Source: an uncultured Gemmatimonadales bacterium (GTDB lineage Bacteria; Gemmatimonadota; Gemmatimonadetes; Gemmatimonadales; Gemmatimonadaceae). Taken from it: 64,000 nt of DNA. The stretch covers positions 1,184,001 through 1,248,000 of the forward strand of contig OY969695.1 in the NCBI GenBank assembly GCA_963701965.1. The letters are read 5' to 3'. Both the position numbers and the translations under genes were made by a program. Of the stretch, positions 20,576 through 30,184 are shown in pieces. Under the pieces are notes generated by a model. It saw only the letters and a program-made list of their open reading frames with translations. It was not told the DNA's origin and made no database searches. Numbering within the stretch: the first letter of the stretch is position 1; the number at the start of each line of letters is the position of its first letter.

Positions 20576-21817
20576 CTACGCCAGCGCCGCCAACGCGGCG
20601 ATCCCCCAGGCCATCGTCAAGAGCGTCACCGGCAGCCCCACCGCGAGATAGGCCCCGAACGGCATGGTGACACCGCGCGCCTCGGCGCGCTCGGCGACGA
20701 TCAGATTCGCCATCGAACCGAGCAACGACAGATTGCCGGCGAACGTCGAGCTCATGGCCATGACCAGCCAGATGTACCGGGCGTGCGCGAGCGCCGGCAC
20801 CACCGGACGCCAGATCAACACCGCCGGCACGTTGGAGACGAGATTCGAGAGCACGAGCATCGCCGCGCTGACCGCCGTCGCGTCACCCAACCGGTGCCCG
20901 TGCAAGTGGCCGATAGCCGCCGTCGTCACATCGCGCACCACCGGGACCGGCTCGACTCCCCGCACGATGACGAAGAGCGCGGCGAAAAAGAGAAGGAGCG
21001 GCCACTCGACCCGGTCCAGCGCCGCGCCGGCATCGCGACGCGCCAACAACATGACCACCGACGCGCCGGCAATCGCCACCAGCGGCAGCGACCAACCGGC
21101 GAGCCAACACCCCAGCATCCCGGCAAAGATCGCGAGCGCCAACGCCACCAGCCCGCGATCGAAGGGCGGCACGTCGGGCGCGGCGCGCCCACGCAGCGGC
21201 TCCCGGGACAGCACGCCGCGATACCGCCAGGCCAGCACGCCGTACACGATGCCGAGCCCGCCGAGTGCGGGCAACGCCAGCCGCGACAGGAATACGCCGT
21301 ACGGGATGCCGCTCGACAACCCGATCAGCATGTTCTGCGGATTGCCCGTGATCGCCATGGCGCTCCCGACGTTCGAGGCCATCGCCAAGCCCAGGAGAAA
21401 CGGCAGTGGCGGCAAGCCCAACGGACGCACCGCCGTCAGGATCAGCGGCGTCAACACAATGCACAGCGTGTCGTTCATGAAGAACGCCGACAAGAGACCG
21501 GTCGTCAGCACCACACCGCCCAAGAGACCGCGGGCCGAGCGGGCCCGCGCCACGACGTGCGATGCCGCCCACTCGAAGAAGCCGCCGACTTCGAGGTAGG
21601 CGGCCACGATCAGGACGCCGAGGAGGAACGTCAGCACGTCGAAATCGAGCGCCGCGTACGCATCGCGCAGCGGCAGACCGCCGATCGTCACCATCGCCGC
21701 CGCCCCCGCCAGCGCCGCCGCGGGGCGCGTCAGCCGTAATCCCGGTAGCCGGGGAAACGCGATCGCGAGATACGAAACGACAAAGATGACGAGCCGAACG
21801 ACGTCCAGTCGCGTCAC
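20576..21817 (-). CDS. ArsB/NhaD (CitMHS/SLC13-like) anion transporter
   Basis: Multi-TM; SAFFMND, ASNVGSAMAITGNPQN, SNLVSNVPAV, GSMANLIV; GTGA overlap with pheA. Confidence 0.88.
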   Translation of the reverse strand: MTRLDVVRLVIFVVSYLAIAFPRLPGLRLTRPAAALAGAAAMVTIGGLPLRDAYAALDFDVLTFLLGVLIVAAYLEVGGFFEWAASHVVARARSARGLLGGVVLTTGLLSAFFMNDTLCIVLTPLILTAVRPLGLPPLPFLLGLAMASNVGSAMAITGNPQNMLIGLSSGIPYGVFLSRLALPALGGLGIVYGVLAWRYRGVLSREPLRGRAAPDVPPFDRGLVALALAIFAGMLGCWLAGWSLPLVAIAGASVVMLLARRDAGAALDRVEWPLLLFFAALFVIVRGVEPVPVVRDVTTAAIGHLHGHRLGDATAVSAAMLVLSNLVSNVPAVLIWRPVVPALAHARYIWLVMAMSSTFAGNLSLLGSMANLIVAERAEARGVTMPFGAYLAVGLPVTLLTMAWGIAALAALA

Positions 21818-22704
21818 GTCGTCCAGCGCGGAAAAGTCCCCAGCAAACGAAAGGAAGTCGCGACCCGGCGAATGGCCGCGACCGCGTCCGTTGCCCGCCC
21901 GTCGTGCCCCGGATGCTCGAACTCCAGGAAAAACTGGTACCGCCATGGATCGCGCGTGGGCCGCGACGCGAGATGACTCACATTGAAGCCGGCAGCCGCC
22001 AGCGGCGCCACCACCGAGAGCAACGCCCCCGCATTGTTCGGCACCGCGAACAACACCGCGGTGCGCGCCGGCGCGCCCGGCACCATCGGCGCGGGCTCGG
22101 CACCGACGGCGACGAATCGCATCATCGTGTCCGGCCGATCCTCAATGTGCGGCACGATCACGTCGAGCCCGAATCGTTCGGCCGCCAGCGGCGCCGCCGC
22201 GGCCGCAATGGCGAGATCGCCACACTCCACCACCGTCCGCGCCGCGCCCGCGGTGTCCCACGCCGGCTCGGCGACGATGTGCCGGTGCGCGTCGAGAAAG
22301 TACGCGCACTGGGCCAGCATGATGGGATGACTCCGCACCGTGCGCACCCGCGCGACGGTGGCACCGCGCAACCCCATCAGACTGAGATGGATGGCGACCA
22401 CCGTCTCGCCGACCACGGACAGCCCGTCGTGCAACGCCAGGAGATCGTAGGCGACGTCGACCCCGCCCACTAACGTGCTCTCGATCGGCACGACCCCGTA
22501 GTCGACGTCGCCGCTTTCGGCCGCGTCCATCACGTCGTCGAACGTTCGCATGGGCACCGGCTCGGCAAGCCCGCGCCAGAGCTGCACCACCGCCTGCTCG
22601 CTAAACGCGCCCGGCTCGCCCTGAAACCCCACCCGCACGCCGGCCCCGACCGGCAAAGGCATCGACTGGGTCTCCGGCAGCGGCGTATGCACGTCGCTAA
22701 TCAA
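21814..22704 (-). CDS. pheA: Prephenate dehydratase with ACT domain
   Basis: FQGEPGAFSE, VVPIEST, SHPIMLAQC, DTAGAA, LASRP. Confidence 0.85.
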   Translation of the reverse strand: MISDVHTPLPETQSMPLPVGAGVRVGFQGEPGAFSEQAVVQLWRGLAEPVPMRTFDDVMDAAESGDVDYGVVPIESTLVGGVDVAYDLLALHDGLSVVGETVVAIHLSLMGLRGATVARVRTVRSHPIMLAQCAYFLDAHRHIVAEPAWDTAGAARTVVECGDLAIAAAAAPLAAERFGLDVIVPHIEDRPDTMMRFVAVGAEPAPMVPGAPARTAVLFAVPNNAGALLSVVAPLAAAGFNVSHLASRPTRDPWRYQFFLEFEHPGHDGRATDAVAAIRRVATSFRLLGTFPRWTT

Positions 22705-22713
22705 ACGCGCGGG

Positions 22714-24612
22714 CTACGCCCGTGGGAGGCCCCCCACGACCGGCGCGTCGAGTGCCCGGCGCACGGCCACCGCGAGCTGCTCGGCCGTGAACGGCTTCTG
22801 CAGCAGGATCGCGTTGGGATCGAGCCCCCCGCGCCGACCGACCTCGTCGCCCGCATACCCGGTCGCGAACAGGACGCGGATGTGCGGCCGTGCCAATCGC
22901 AGCCGCTCCGCCAACGCACGCCCGCCCAAGGTCGGCATCACGACGTCGGTCACCAGCAGATCGATCTCCCCATCCGTCGCCGCCGCGACCAGCAGCGCCT
23001 CGGCGCCGTTCGATGCGTCGAGCACCGTGTACCCGTTCGCCATCAACAGCCCGCGAATCAGCTCGCGCACGGCCGGATCGTCCTCGGCGACCAGGACGGT
23101 CTCCGTCCCGCCCCGCGCCGGCGTGTCGACCAGTGGCTCCTCGACCGCCGAGTCGACATCGGCGACCTCGGGCAGCAGCAGGAGGAACGCCGACCCGTGT
23201 CCCGGCCGGCTCTGCGCCCACACATGACCGCCCGACTGCTGCACGATGCCGTAGACCGTCGCCAACCCGAGCCCCGTCCCGCGCCCGGGATCCTTCGTCG
23301 TGAAAAACGGCTCGAACACGCGCTTCTGCGTCGCCTCGTCCATCCCTATGCCCGTGTCCCGCACTTCCAGCGCCACGAACGCGCCCGGCCGCACCGACGG
23401 ATGCGGCGGCGTGTCGTACGGCCCGACGCGTATCGTCATCGTCTCGATCCGCAGCACGCCGCCGGCGGGCATCGCGTCCCGGGCGTTCACGGCCAGGTTG
23501 ACCAGCACCTGCTCCAGTTGCCCCGGATCGGCGCGCACCCGCCCGACGGTCGGATCGAGCTCCAGCACGATCTCGATGTCCTCGCCGATCAAGCGGCCCA
23601 GCATCGACTCGAGACCCGTGACCACGACGTTGATGTCGAGAAGCCGCGGCTGCAACAGCTGCTTGCGGCTGAACGCCAGGAGTTGGCGCGTCAGCGACGC
23701 CGCGCGCTTGGCCGCGCTCACGATCTCGTTCAACTCCCCGGCGATGTTCGACGTGACGCCCACGGTCTCCAGCAAGAGACCGGAATACGCCGTGATCACC
23801 GTCAGGAGGTTGTTGAAATCGTGGGCGACACCACCCGCCAGCTGGCCGACCGCCTCCATCTTCGACGCCTGGCGCAGCTGCTCCTCGAGCCGCAGCCGCT
23901 CGGTCAGGTCGCGCAGGATGACCGTCGCGATCCGTTCCTGGCCGACGTCGACCCACGACACGGTGACCTCGGCGGGAAAGTCGCTGCCGTCGGCGCGGCG
24001 CACCGTCAGCCGGTCCGAGCAATGCGGCAGCCCGCCGACGAACCGTTCGATCGGCGTCCCGGTGGCCTCGGCCGCGCTGCACCGGAACATCGCTTCCGCC
24101 GCATGGTTGAACACCACGATCCGGCGCGCGCTGTCGACCGAGATGATCGCGTCCATCGCCGAGCCGATGATGCCCGACAGCAATGCCTCGTGCCGCCGTA
24201 CGGCCTCCTCGGCCCGCCGCCGCTCGCGGATGTCCCGGGCCACGATGGCGAACCCCGTGCGCGCCCCGCCATTCGGCCGGCGCACCACGAACGCGTGCAT
24301 CTCCGTGAGGACCGGCTCGCGCGACGTCCATTCCGCGAGGCGCACCTCGCCCCGCCAATGGTCCGTGGACGCCAGGGCGGCCAACATCTCCTCGCCCAGG
24401 CGCGCGTAGTCAGCGGGGACGACGAGTTGGGAAATCGGACGGTGCAGCACCGCGCCTGGCCCGGTCAGACCGATGAGGGCCAACCCCGCCGCGTTGACGT
24501 GCACGATCCGCATTTCGTCATCGGCCAGCGCGACAAAATCTTCACTGGATTCGACAGCCGCCGCCAACACGCGCTGTCGTTCTGCCGCGCTGAATGTCTC
24601 GGTATCGGCCAT
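22714..24612 (-). CDS. PAS-PAS hybrid histidine kinase / receiver (CckA-like architecture)
   Basis: AHDFNNLL, NLAVNARDAM, DTGIGM, FEPFFTTK, GTGLGL, receiver LLVTDVVMP. Confidence 0.95.
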   Translation of the reverse strand: MADTETFSAAERQRVLAAAVESSEDFVALADDEMRIVHVNAAGLALIGLTGPGAVLHRPISQLVVPADYARLGEEMLAALASTDHWRGEVRLAEWTSREPVLTEMHAFVVRRPNGGARTGFAIVARDIRERRRAEEAVRRHEALLSGIIGSAMDAIISVDSARRIVVFNHAAEAMFRCSAAEATGTPIERFVGGLPHCSDRLTVRRADGSDFPAEVTVSWVDVGQERIATVILRDLTERLRLEEQLRQASKMEAVGQLAGGVAHDFNNLLTVITAYSGLLLETVGVTSNIAGELNEIVSAAKRAASLTRQLLAFSRKQLLQPRLLDINVVVTGLESMLGRLIGEDIEIVLELDPTVGRVRADPGQLEQVLVNLAVNARDAMPAGGVLRIETMTIRVGPYDTPPHPSVRPGAFVALEVRDTGIGMDEATQKRVFEPFFTTKDPGRGTGLGLATVYGIVQQSGGHVWAQSRPGHGSAFLLLLPEVADVDSAVEEPLVDTPARGGTETVLVAEDDPAVRELIRGLLMANGYTVLDASNGAEALLVAAATDGEIDLLVTDVVMPTLGGRALAERLRLARPHIRVLFATGYAGDEVGRRGGLDPNAILLQKPFTAEQLAVAVRRALDAPVVGGLPRA

Positions 24613-24750
24613 TCGGACGAGCTCAACCACCGGTCTCTGACGGATCGTGCGTGCGATTCTGCAGACTGATGTTGTCATTGCAATTCGGCAAGTGCCAATA
24701 AGTGAGACACGCGTGGGAACATTGACACCATTTCGCTGGTATACGTGTGA

Positions 24751-25074
24751 ATGCGTGCCTGGCGGCAGTGTCGGCGATGGCTTGGGGTCCTCGCGGGGAT
24801 CACCATGGTGATCGCGCTGGCGCCCCGGAGTGGTTTCGCGTGTCCCAGTGGGTCGCATCACCAGACTCCCAGCCGCCAACACTGCGACGATTCCGGACGC
24901 CAGTCGAGCGACGCGGGGTGCTGCGCCGCAACGGCGTGCAGCGCCACCACCGCCGTCCCGGTGCCCACGGCGATCGCGCCGGCACTCGTAGCCGCCCGTG
25001 CGGCGCTCGCGGCCGACGCCACGATGCCCGCGCTCCCGGCCACAGCGCCCGAGACCCCGCCTCCCCGATCCTGA
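24751..25074 (+). CDS. Small exported Cys/His-rich protein with C-terminal PPPRS (DUF2946/CutF-like)
   Basis: Signal-like N-terminus, HH..HC..CCAATAC, Ala/Pro spacer, PETPPPRS-stop. Confidence 0.65.
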   Translation: MRAWRQCRRWLGVLAGITMVIALAPRSGFACPSGSHHQTPSRQHCDDSGRQSSDAGCCAATACSATTAVPVPTAIAPALVAARAALAADATMPALPATAPETPPPRS

Positions 25075-25158
25075 GCCCCCCCAACATCGACGCGTAGGTG
25101 CGTCCGGCGCTCCGGCCGGGTCGTGCCGCGCGTCCGGGCTCTAACGACAGGACGTGCA

Positions 25159-26472
25159 GTGGCACGGCTTTTCGGGTGTGTGGCGCTCGCGTGGAGCTCC
25201 GCTCTCGCGGCGCAGGATACGTCTATGGCCAACATGCCAGGGATGGCGCACGGCACTCACGCCATGGCGCCCGGCCCCCTCGGCATCCCCCAATCGCGCT
25301 TGGGATCGGGCACGTCCTGGCTGCCCGACGCCGCGCCAATGCACGCCGAGCATCTGATGGCCGGCAGCTGGCAGTTCATGCTGCACTACCAGGTGTTCGT
25401 CGACTATGACCGCCAGGTGAGCGACCGGGCGATCGACGGGAACGCCCAGTTGAACAGCATCAACTGGTTCATGGGCATGGCCTCCCACCCGTTGGGGGAC
25501 GGACGCCTGGCATTCCGGGGCATGGTGAGCGCTGAGCCGGCCACCGTGGGCGCGGCCGGCTATCCCCTGCTCCTCCAATCCGGCGAGACGTATCGCGACC
25601 GCCCCATCCACGACCGCCAGCATCCCCACGACCTGTTCATGGAGCTGGCCGCGCTCTACGACGTACCGCTGTCGCACGACCTGGCGCTCCAGCTCTACGC
25701 CGCTCCGGTCGGCGAGCCGGCGGTCGGCCCCCCGGCCTTCCCCCACCGCAGCTCCGCGGCCGCCGATCCGATGGCGCCCCTGGGCCACCATTGGCAGGAC
25801 GCGACGCACGTTACGTTCGGCGTGCTTACCGCTGGACTCTACACGCGCACCGTGAAGCTGGAAGGCTCGGTGTTCAACGGCCGCGAGCCCGACGCCACGC
25901 GCACGAACTTCGATTTCCGCACGCTCGATTCGTACGCGGGGCGCATCACCGTGAACCCCGCCGAGGAATGGAGCGCGAGCGCGTCATACGCCTACCTCAA
26001 GAGCCCGGAGGTGGCCACGCCCAACATCGCGCAGCACCGGATCACGGCGTCCGTCTTGAACGATCATCCCCTGGCGAGCGGCGGCACGTGGTCGACCGCG
26101 CTCATCTACGGCGCGAACCTCGACTCGGATGACCCCCGGCTTTCCAATAGCGTCGACTTGGAGACGACGGTCGATCTCGACGGGCGGAACAGCCTGTTCG
26201 GCCGCGTCGAATACGTCAACAAGAGCGCGGGGGATCTCGCCCTGCCCGGACCGCCTGACGCGCGATTCGACCTGGGAAGCGCCAGTGTCGGATACACGCG
26301 CGACATCGCGCGGCTGGCCGGTATCGCGATGGGCTTGGGCGGCGTGCTGACCCTCGATCTCATCCCGCCATCATTGGTGCCGCACTACGGCACGCGCACG
26401 CCGGGCGGCATCGACGTGTTCCTGCGATTCCGCCCGGCGGACCGTCACCGGCTCACATCGCGGGCGCCTTGA
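25159..26472 (+). CDS. Conserved exported His/Met-rich protein, probable outer-membrane beta-barrel
   Basis: Signal peptide, MANMPGMAHGTHAM, GSGTSWLP, HDRQHPHDLFMELA, HHWQDATH, amphipathic strands. Confidence 0.7.
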   Translation: MARLFGCVALAWSSALAAQDTSMANMPGMAHGTHAMAPGPLGIPQSRLGSGTSWLPDAAPMHAEHLMAGSWQFMLHYQVFVDYDRQVSDRAIDGNAQLNSINWFMGMASHPLGDGRLAFRGMVSAEPATVGAAGYPLLLQSGETYRDRPIHDRQHPHDLFMELAALYDVPLSHDLALQLYAAPVGEPAVGPPAFPHRSSAAADPMAPLGHHWQDATHVTFGVLTAGLYTRTVKLEGSVFNGREPDATRTNFDFRTLDSYAGRITVNPAEEWSASASYAYLKSPEVATPNIAQHRITASVLNDHPLASGGTWSTALIYGANLDSDDPRLSNSVDLETTVDLDGRNSLFGRVEYVNKSAGDLALPGPPDARFDLGSASVGYTRDIARLAGIAMGLGGVLTLDLIPPSLVPHYGTRTPGGIDVFLRFRPADRHRLTSRAP

Positions 26473-28363
26473 GATACTGCCCGAACCATTTGATCGTGCG
26501 ATCCTGCAGATCCCGCTGGTGGGCCGGGTCGCGGATGCCGTGCCCTTCGTCCGGATACACGACCAGCTGCGACGTCACGCCATGGCGCGTCAGCCCGCGC
26601 CAGAACTCGTACGACTGCGGCGCCGGACACTCGACGTCGCGCTCGCCGACGATCACGAGGGTCGGCGTGTGCGCTTGCTTGATGTAGTTGATCGGCGAGC
26701 TCTTGGCATAAACGGCAGGATCGTCGTACACCGTCGCGCCGAAATACGGCGTCATCCACTCCGCGATGCCGTTCTCGCCAGTGTAACTCAGCCAATCGGA
26801 GATACCAGCGCCAGCCAGGGCCGCCCGGAATCGATTGGTCTGGGTCACCATCCACATCGTCATGTAGCCGCCATAGCTGTATCCCGTGACGCCCATGCGC
26901 GTACTGTCCACTGGAAATCCGCGCACGATGGTGTCCACGCCCGCGAGTACGTCGCGGCCATCGCCATACCCGAAATCTTTGACATTCGCGCGGGTGAACG
27001 CCTCACCGTGACCGTAGCTCCCGCGCGGATTGGGCTGAAACACGAAATACCCCTCGCGCGAGAAGACGGCGTTGGGCGATCCGTAGGACATCCAGTTGGC
27101 ACCCACCGACGCGGCCGGTCCGCCGTGGATCGACACGATCATCGGATACCGCCTCCCGGGCGTGAAGTCGGCGGGATAGATGAGCCAGCCCTGCACCATG
27201 AACTGGTCGCTCTTCCACTCGACGCTCACAGCCTTGCCCCACCCCGGCGTGACGTGGGCATTCACCCGGGTGAGCGGCGTGAGATGATCGGGCGCGCCGG
27301 TCCACACTTCGGGTGGCGTGTTCATCGACTCGCGCAGCACGGCGATCGTGCGGCCGTCCCGGGCGGCGGAGAGCCCGGGCCCCCGCGTGCCCACGGTCGC
27401 CTGCTCGGCGCCGCGCCACTCCGTGTGCATGGCACCCGTCTGCGCATTCAACGCGTCGATCTCCGTCCCGCCCGGGGACCAGGATGCCACCAGCAGCTGA
27501 CTGCCCGCCCACGCCAGATCGGCCGGAGAGACCGCGGCGCCCGCCGTCAGGTTCCGCGGCGTCCCGCCAGCGGCCGGCACGGTCCAGACGTCGCCGCCGG
27601 TCGAACCCTGGTCGCTCATGATGCCGCCGATATAGGCGATCTGGGAACCATCGGGCGACCAACGGGGCACGGCGATCTGGGTGGTCGGGCGCGCGATCTC
27701 GGTCACCGCGCCGGAGTCGGCGGGCACCGCGTATAACCGGGCGACCCACCAGTTGTTGTTGCCCGAACCCTCGGCCGCGCTCACCACCAGACGGCGGCCG
27801 TCCGGCGACCAGTCGTACTCGTAGACGTAGAGACCGGCGGGCGAGACGACCCGCATCGCGCCCGACGCCAGATCGATCACCGCCAGGTGCTGGCGGTCGA
27901 TGTGGTTGTCGATCTCGCCCGTGTCGCGCGGCGCCGCCTCGGTCGGGCCATTCGCCTGCTCGTCCGGCGACGAGTACAGGATCGCGGCCCGGCGTCCGTC
28001 GGGCGAGAGCCTGAGGTCGTGCACCTCGCCCTTGATGGTCGCGACCAGACGCGGTGTACCGCCGGGCACCGCGACGAGCGCGAGCCCGCCGCCCGTGGTC
28101 AGGTACGCCAACGACCGGCTGTCCGCCGACCACGCCAAGCCGTACGGCATCCCGTCCGGCGGCGCCACCGACTGGACGGCGGACCGCGACTGCCGATCCA
28201 CGACGATCAGGGCGGGACGACTCGCGCCCGCGGTGTCGTCCGGGCTGGGGCCGATCCACGACACGTACCGGCCATCCGGAGAAATCGAGACATCAGCGAA
28301 GCGCCGCAACGTGGGCGGCGCGACGGCGAGTGCAGCAAGTACAAGTAATGGAATGAGCGGCAT
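26453..28363 (-). CDS. S9 family prolyl oligopeptidase / acylaminoacyl peptidase
   Basis: WSPDG propeller repeats, HGGP, NPRGSYG, GYSYGG, GERD, DEGH. Confidence 0.95.
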   Translation of the reverse strand: MPLIPLLVLAALAVAPPTLRRFADVSISPDGRYVSWIGPSPDDTAGASRPALIVVDRQSRSAVQSVAPPDGMPYGLAWSADSRSLAYLTTGGGLALVAVPGGTPRLVATIKGEVHDLRLSPDGRRAAILYSSPDEQANGPTEAAPRDTGEIDNHIDRQHLAVIDLASGAMRVVSPAGLYVYEYDWSPDGRRLVVSAAEGSGNNNWWVARLYAVPADSGAVTEIARPTTQIAVPRWSPDGSQIAYIGGIMSDQGSTGGDVWTVPAAGGTPRNLTAGAAVSPADLAWAGSQLLVASWSPGGTEIDALNAQTGAMHTEWRGAEQATVGTRGPGLSAARDGRTIAVLRESMNTPPEVWTGAPDHLTPLTRVNAHVTPGWGKAVSVEWKSDQFMVQGWLIYPADFTPGRRYPMIVSIHGGPAASVGANWMSYGSPNAVFSREGYFVFQPNPRGSYGHGEAFTRANVKDFGYGDGRDVLAGVDTIVRGFPVDSTRMGVTGYSYGGYMTMWMVTQTNRFRAALAGAGISDWLSYTGENGIAEWMTPYFGATVYDDPAVYAKSSPINYIKQAHTPTLVIVGERDVECPAPQSYEFWRGLTRHGVTSQLVVYPDEGHGIRDPAHQRDLQDRTIKWFGQYLKAPAM

Positions 28364-28464
28364 GCCTGAATTGTACGTGAGGGAGTCAGCCCGACAGCAG
28401 GCCATGAATAAACGTCATGAACGGACCATCACGGACGTCATGGCGGAGGCCGGTTGGGGAACCG

Positions 28465-29211
28465 TCATCGGCTCGCCAATCCCCCAGCCGTCTCGCCGCC
28501 GTCGATGACGTACGTCTGGCCCGTGATGAACGCGGCTTCGTCGGAGGCCAGATAGGCTAGCAGTCCCGCGACTTCCCGGGGTTTCCCCTGACGGCGGAGC
28601 GGGATCTTGGCCTCGAGCTCCCGCATCATCTCCGGCGTGTACTCGGCTTCCTGCATGGGTGTCAGGATGTACCCCGGACACACGACGTTGACCCGCACCG
28701 CGGGTGCCAACTCCAACGCCATACTCTTCGTGAGCTCGATCAGACCAGCCTTGGACGCGTTGTAGTCCGCGTACCCGCGATAGCCGACCAGGCCGTTCGT
28801 CGAGCCCATGTTGAGGATCACGCCGCCGGACGCGGTCACCATGCGCCGGGCCGCCTCCTGCGCGACCACGAAGGCGCCGGTCAGGTTCACCGCGATCACG
28901 CGCTGCCACTCGTCGAGCGGCAGATCGAGAAAGGCGTGGCGCAACGAGATGCCAGCGTTATTGATCAGGACGTCTATGCCACGAGCTTGGGCGTCGAACT
29001 CGACAAACGCTCGCCTCACGGCCGCGGCGTCCGCCACGTCGGCTACCAGCGTCCCCTTTACGCCCGGCAACGCTCGCGCGAGCCGCTGGCAGGCCTCGGC
29101 GCGGCGGCCCAGCACCCACACCAGCGCGCCTTCTTCGACAAATCGCTCCGCGGTCGCGGCGCCGATGCCGCTCGTACCACCCGTGATCAGGACGCGCTTG
29201 CTGGTCAGCAC
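28465..29211 (-). CDS. SDR family oxidoreductase
   Basis: TGGTSGIG, NNAG, YNASK. Confidence 0.93.
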   Translation of the reverse strand: MLTSKRVLITGGTSGIGAATAERFVEEGALVWVLGRRAEACQRLARALPGVKGTLVADVADAAAVRRAFVEFDAQARGIDVLINNAGISLRHAFLDLPLDEWQRVIAVNLTGAFVVAQEAARRMVTASGGVILNMGSTNGLVGYRGYADYNASKAGLIELTKSMALELAPAVRVNVVCPGYILTPMQEAEYTPEMMRELEAKIPLRRQGKPREVAGLLAYLASDEAAFITGQTYVIDGGETAGGLASR

Positions 29212-30164
29212 CGGCACAGGACGGCGCGGAGGGTATCGTAGCCGACGTTGCCGCCACACAGCACGATCGCCACCGTGGCGCCGGCATATTGGGCCGCCGT
29301 CTGACGAAAGGCCGCGACCGCGACGCCGGCCGCGCCCTCGACGATCATCTGATGCTCGGCGACCATGAAGCGCATGGCGTCGGCGATCTCGTCTTCGCTC
29401 ACCAGCACACACTCATCGATGAGCGACCGGCAGAGATCGAGCGTGATGGCGCCGTCGTCGACCCCGCCCGCCGTCGCGTCGGAGAGCGTCGGTCGCTCCT
29501 CGGCCTCCACGATGCGGCCGGCGCGCATGCTCGCGTACATCGCGGTGGAGTTGGCCGGCCAGCAGCCGACGATACGCGTCCCCGGCTGCGCCGCCTCGAG
29601 GGCCGACGCCACGCCGGAGATCAATCCGCCGCCGCCCACCGCGACGAACACGGCATCGAGCGCGCCGCACTGGGCCGCGAGCTCGCGCCCCAACGTGCCC
29701 TGCCCGGCAATGATCGCGGGATCGTTGTACGGGGACACGTACGGACGTCCCTCCCGTTCGGCCCGCGCCCGCGCGTAGCGCTCGGTCGCGCCGCCTTCGT
29801 CGCCATAGAACTCGACGTCGATCGCGGAGAAGCGCCGGAGGGCCCGCACTTTGTTCTCGGGAGCGGACTGCGGCAGATACACGGTTCCCCGCGCGCCGAC
29901 CGCGGTCAGAGCCGTGGCCATCCCGCGGCCGTGGTTCCCCGTGGAAGCCGTGATCACACCCCGCGCTAATGCGTCGGGGCCGAGGGTGAGGATGCGATTG
30001 AGGGCACCGCGGAGCTTGAAGGAACCGGAGCGCTGGACCTGCTCGCACTTGAGCCACACGCGCGCGCCCACCGGGTCGCCCAGGGCCGGGCTTTCCTCGA
30101 CAGGCGTCTCGCGGATGTAGGGCCGGATCCGGTCCGCCGCTTCCTCAATCCACCGCGCGTACAC
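29205..30164 (-). CDS. PLP-dependent threonine/serine dehydratase family protein
   Basis: SGSFKLRGA, ASTGNHG, VGGGGLISG, CGGN. Confidence 0.92.
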   Translation of the reverse strand: MYARWIEEAADRIRPYIRETPVEESPALGDPVGARVWLKCEQVQRSGSFKLRGALNRILTLGPDALARGVITASTGNHGRGMATALTAVGARGTVYLPQSAPENKVRALRRFSAIDVEFYGDEGGATERYARARAEREGRPYVSPYNDPAIIAGQGTLGRELAAQCGALDAVFVAVGGGGLISGVASALEAAQPGTRIVGCWPANSTAMYASMRAGRIVEAEERPTLSDATAGGVDDGAITLDLCRSLIDECVLVSEDEIADAMRFMVAEHQMIVEGAAGVAVAAFRQTAAQYAGATVAIVLCGGNVGYDTLRAVLCRC

Positions 30165-30184
30165 CCGCCAAAGCTAGCCGCGCG

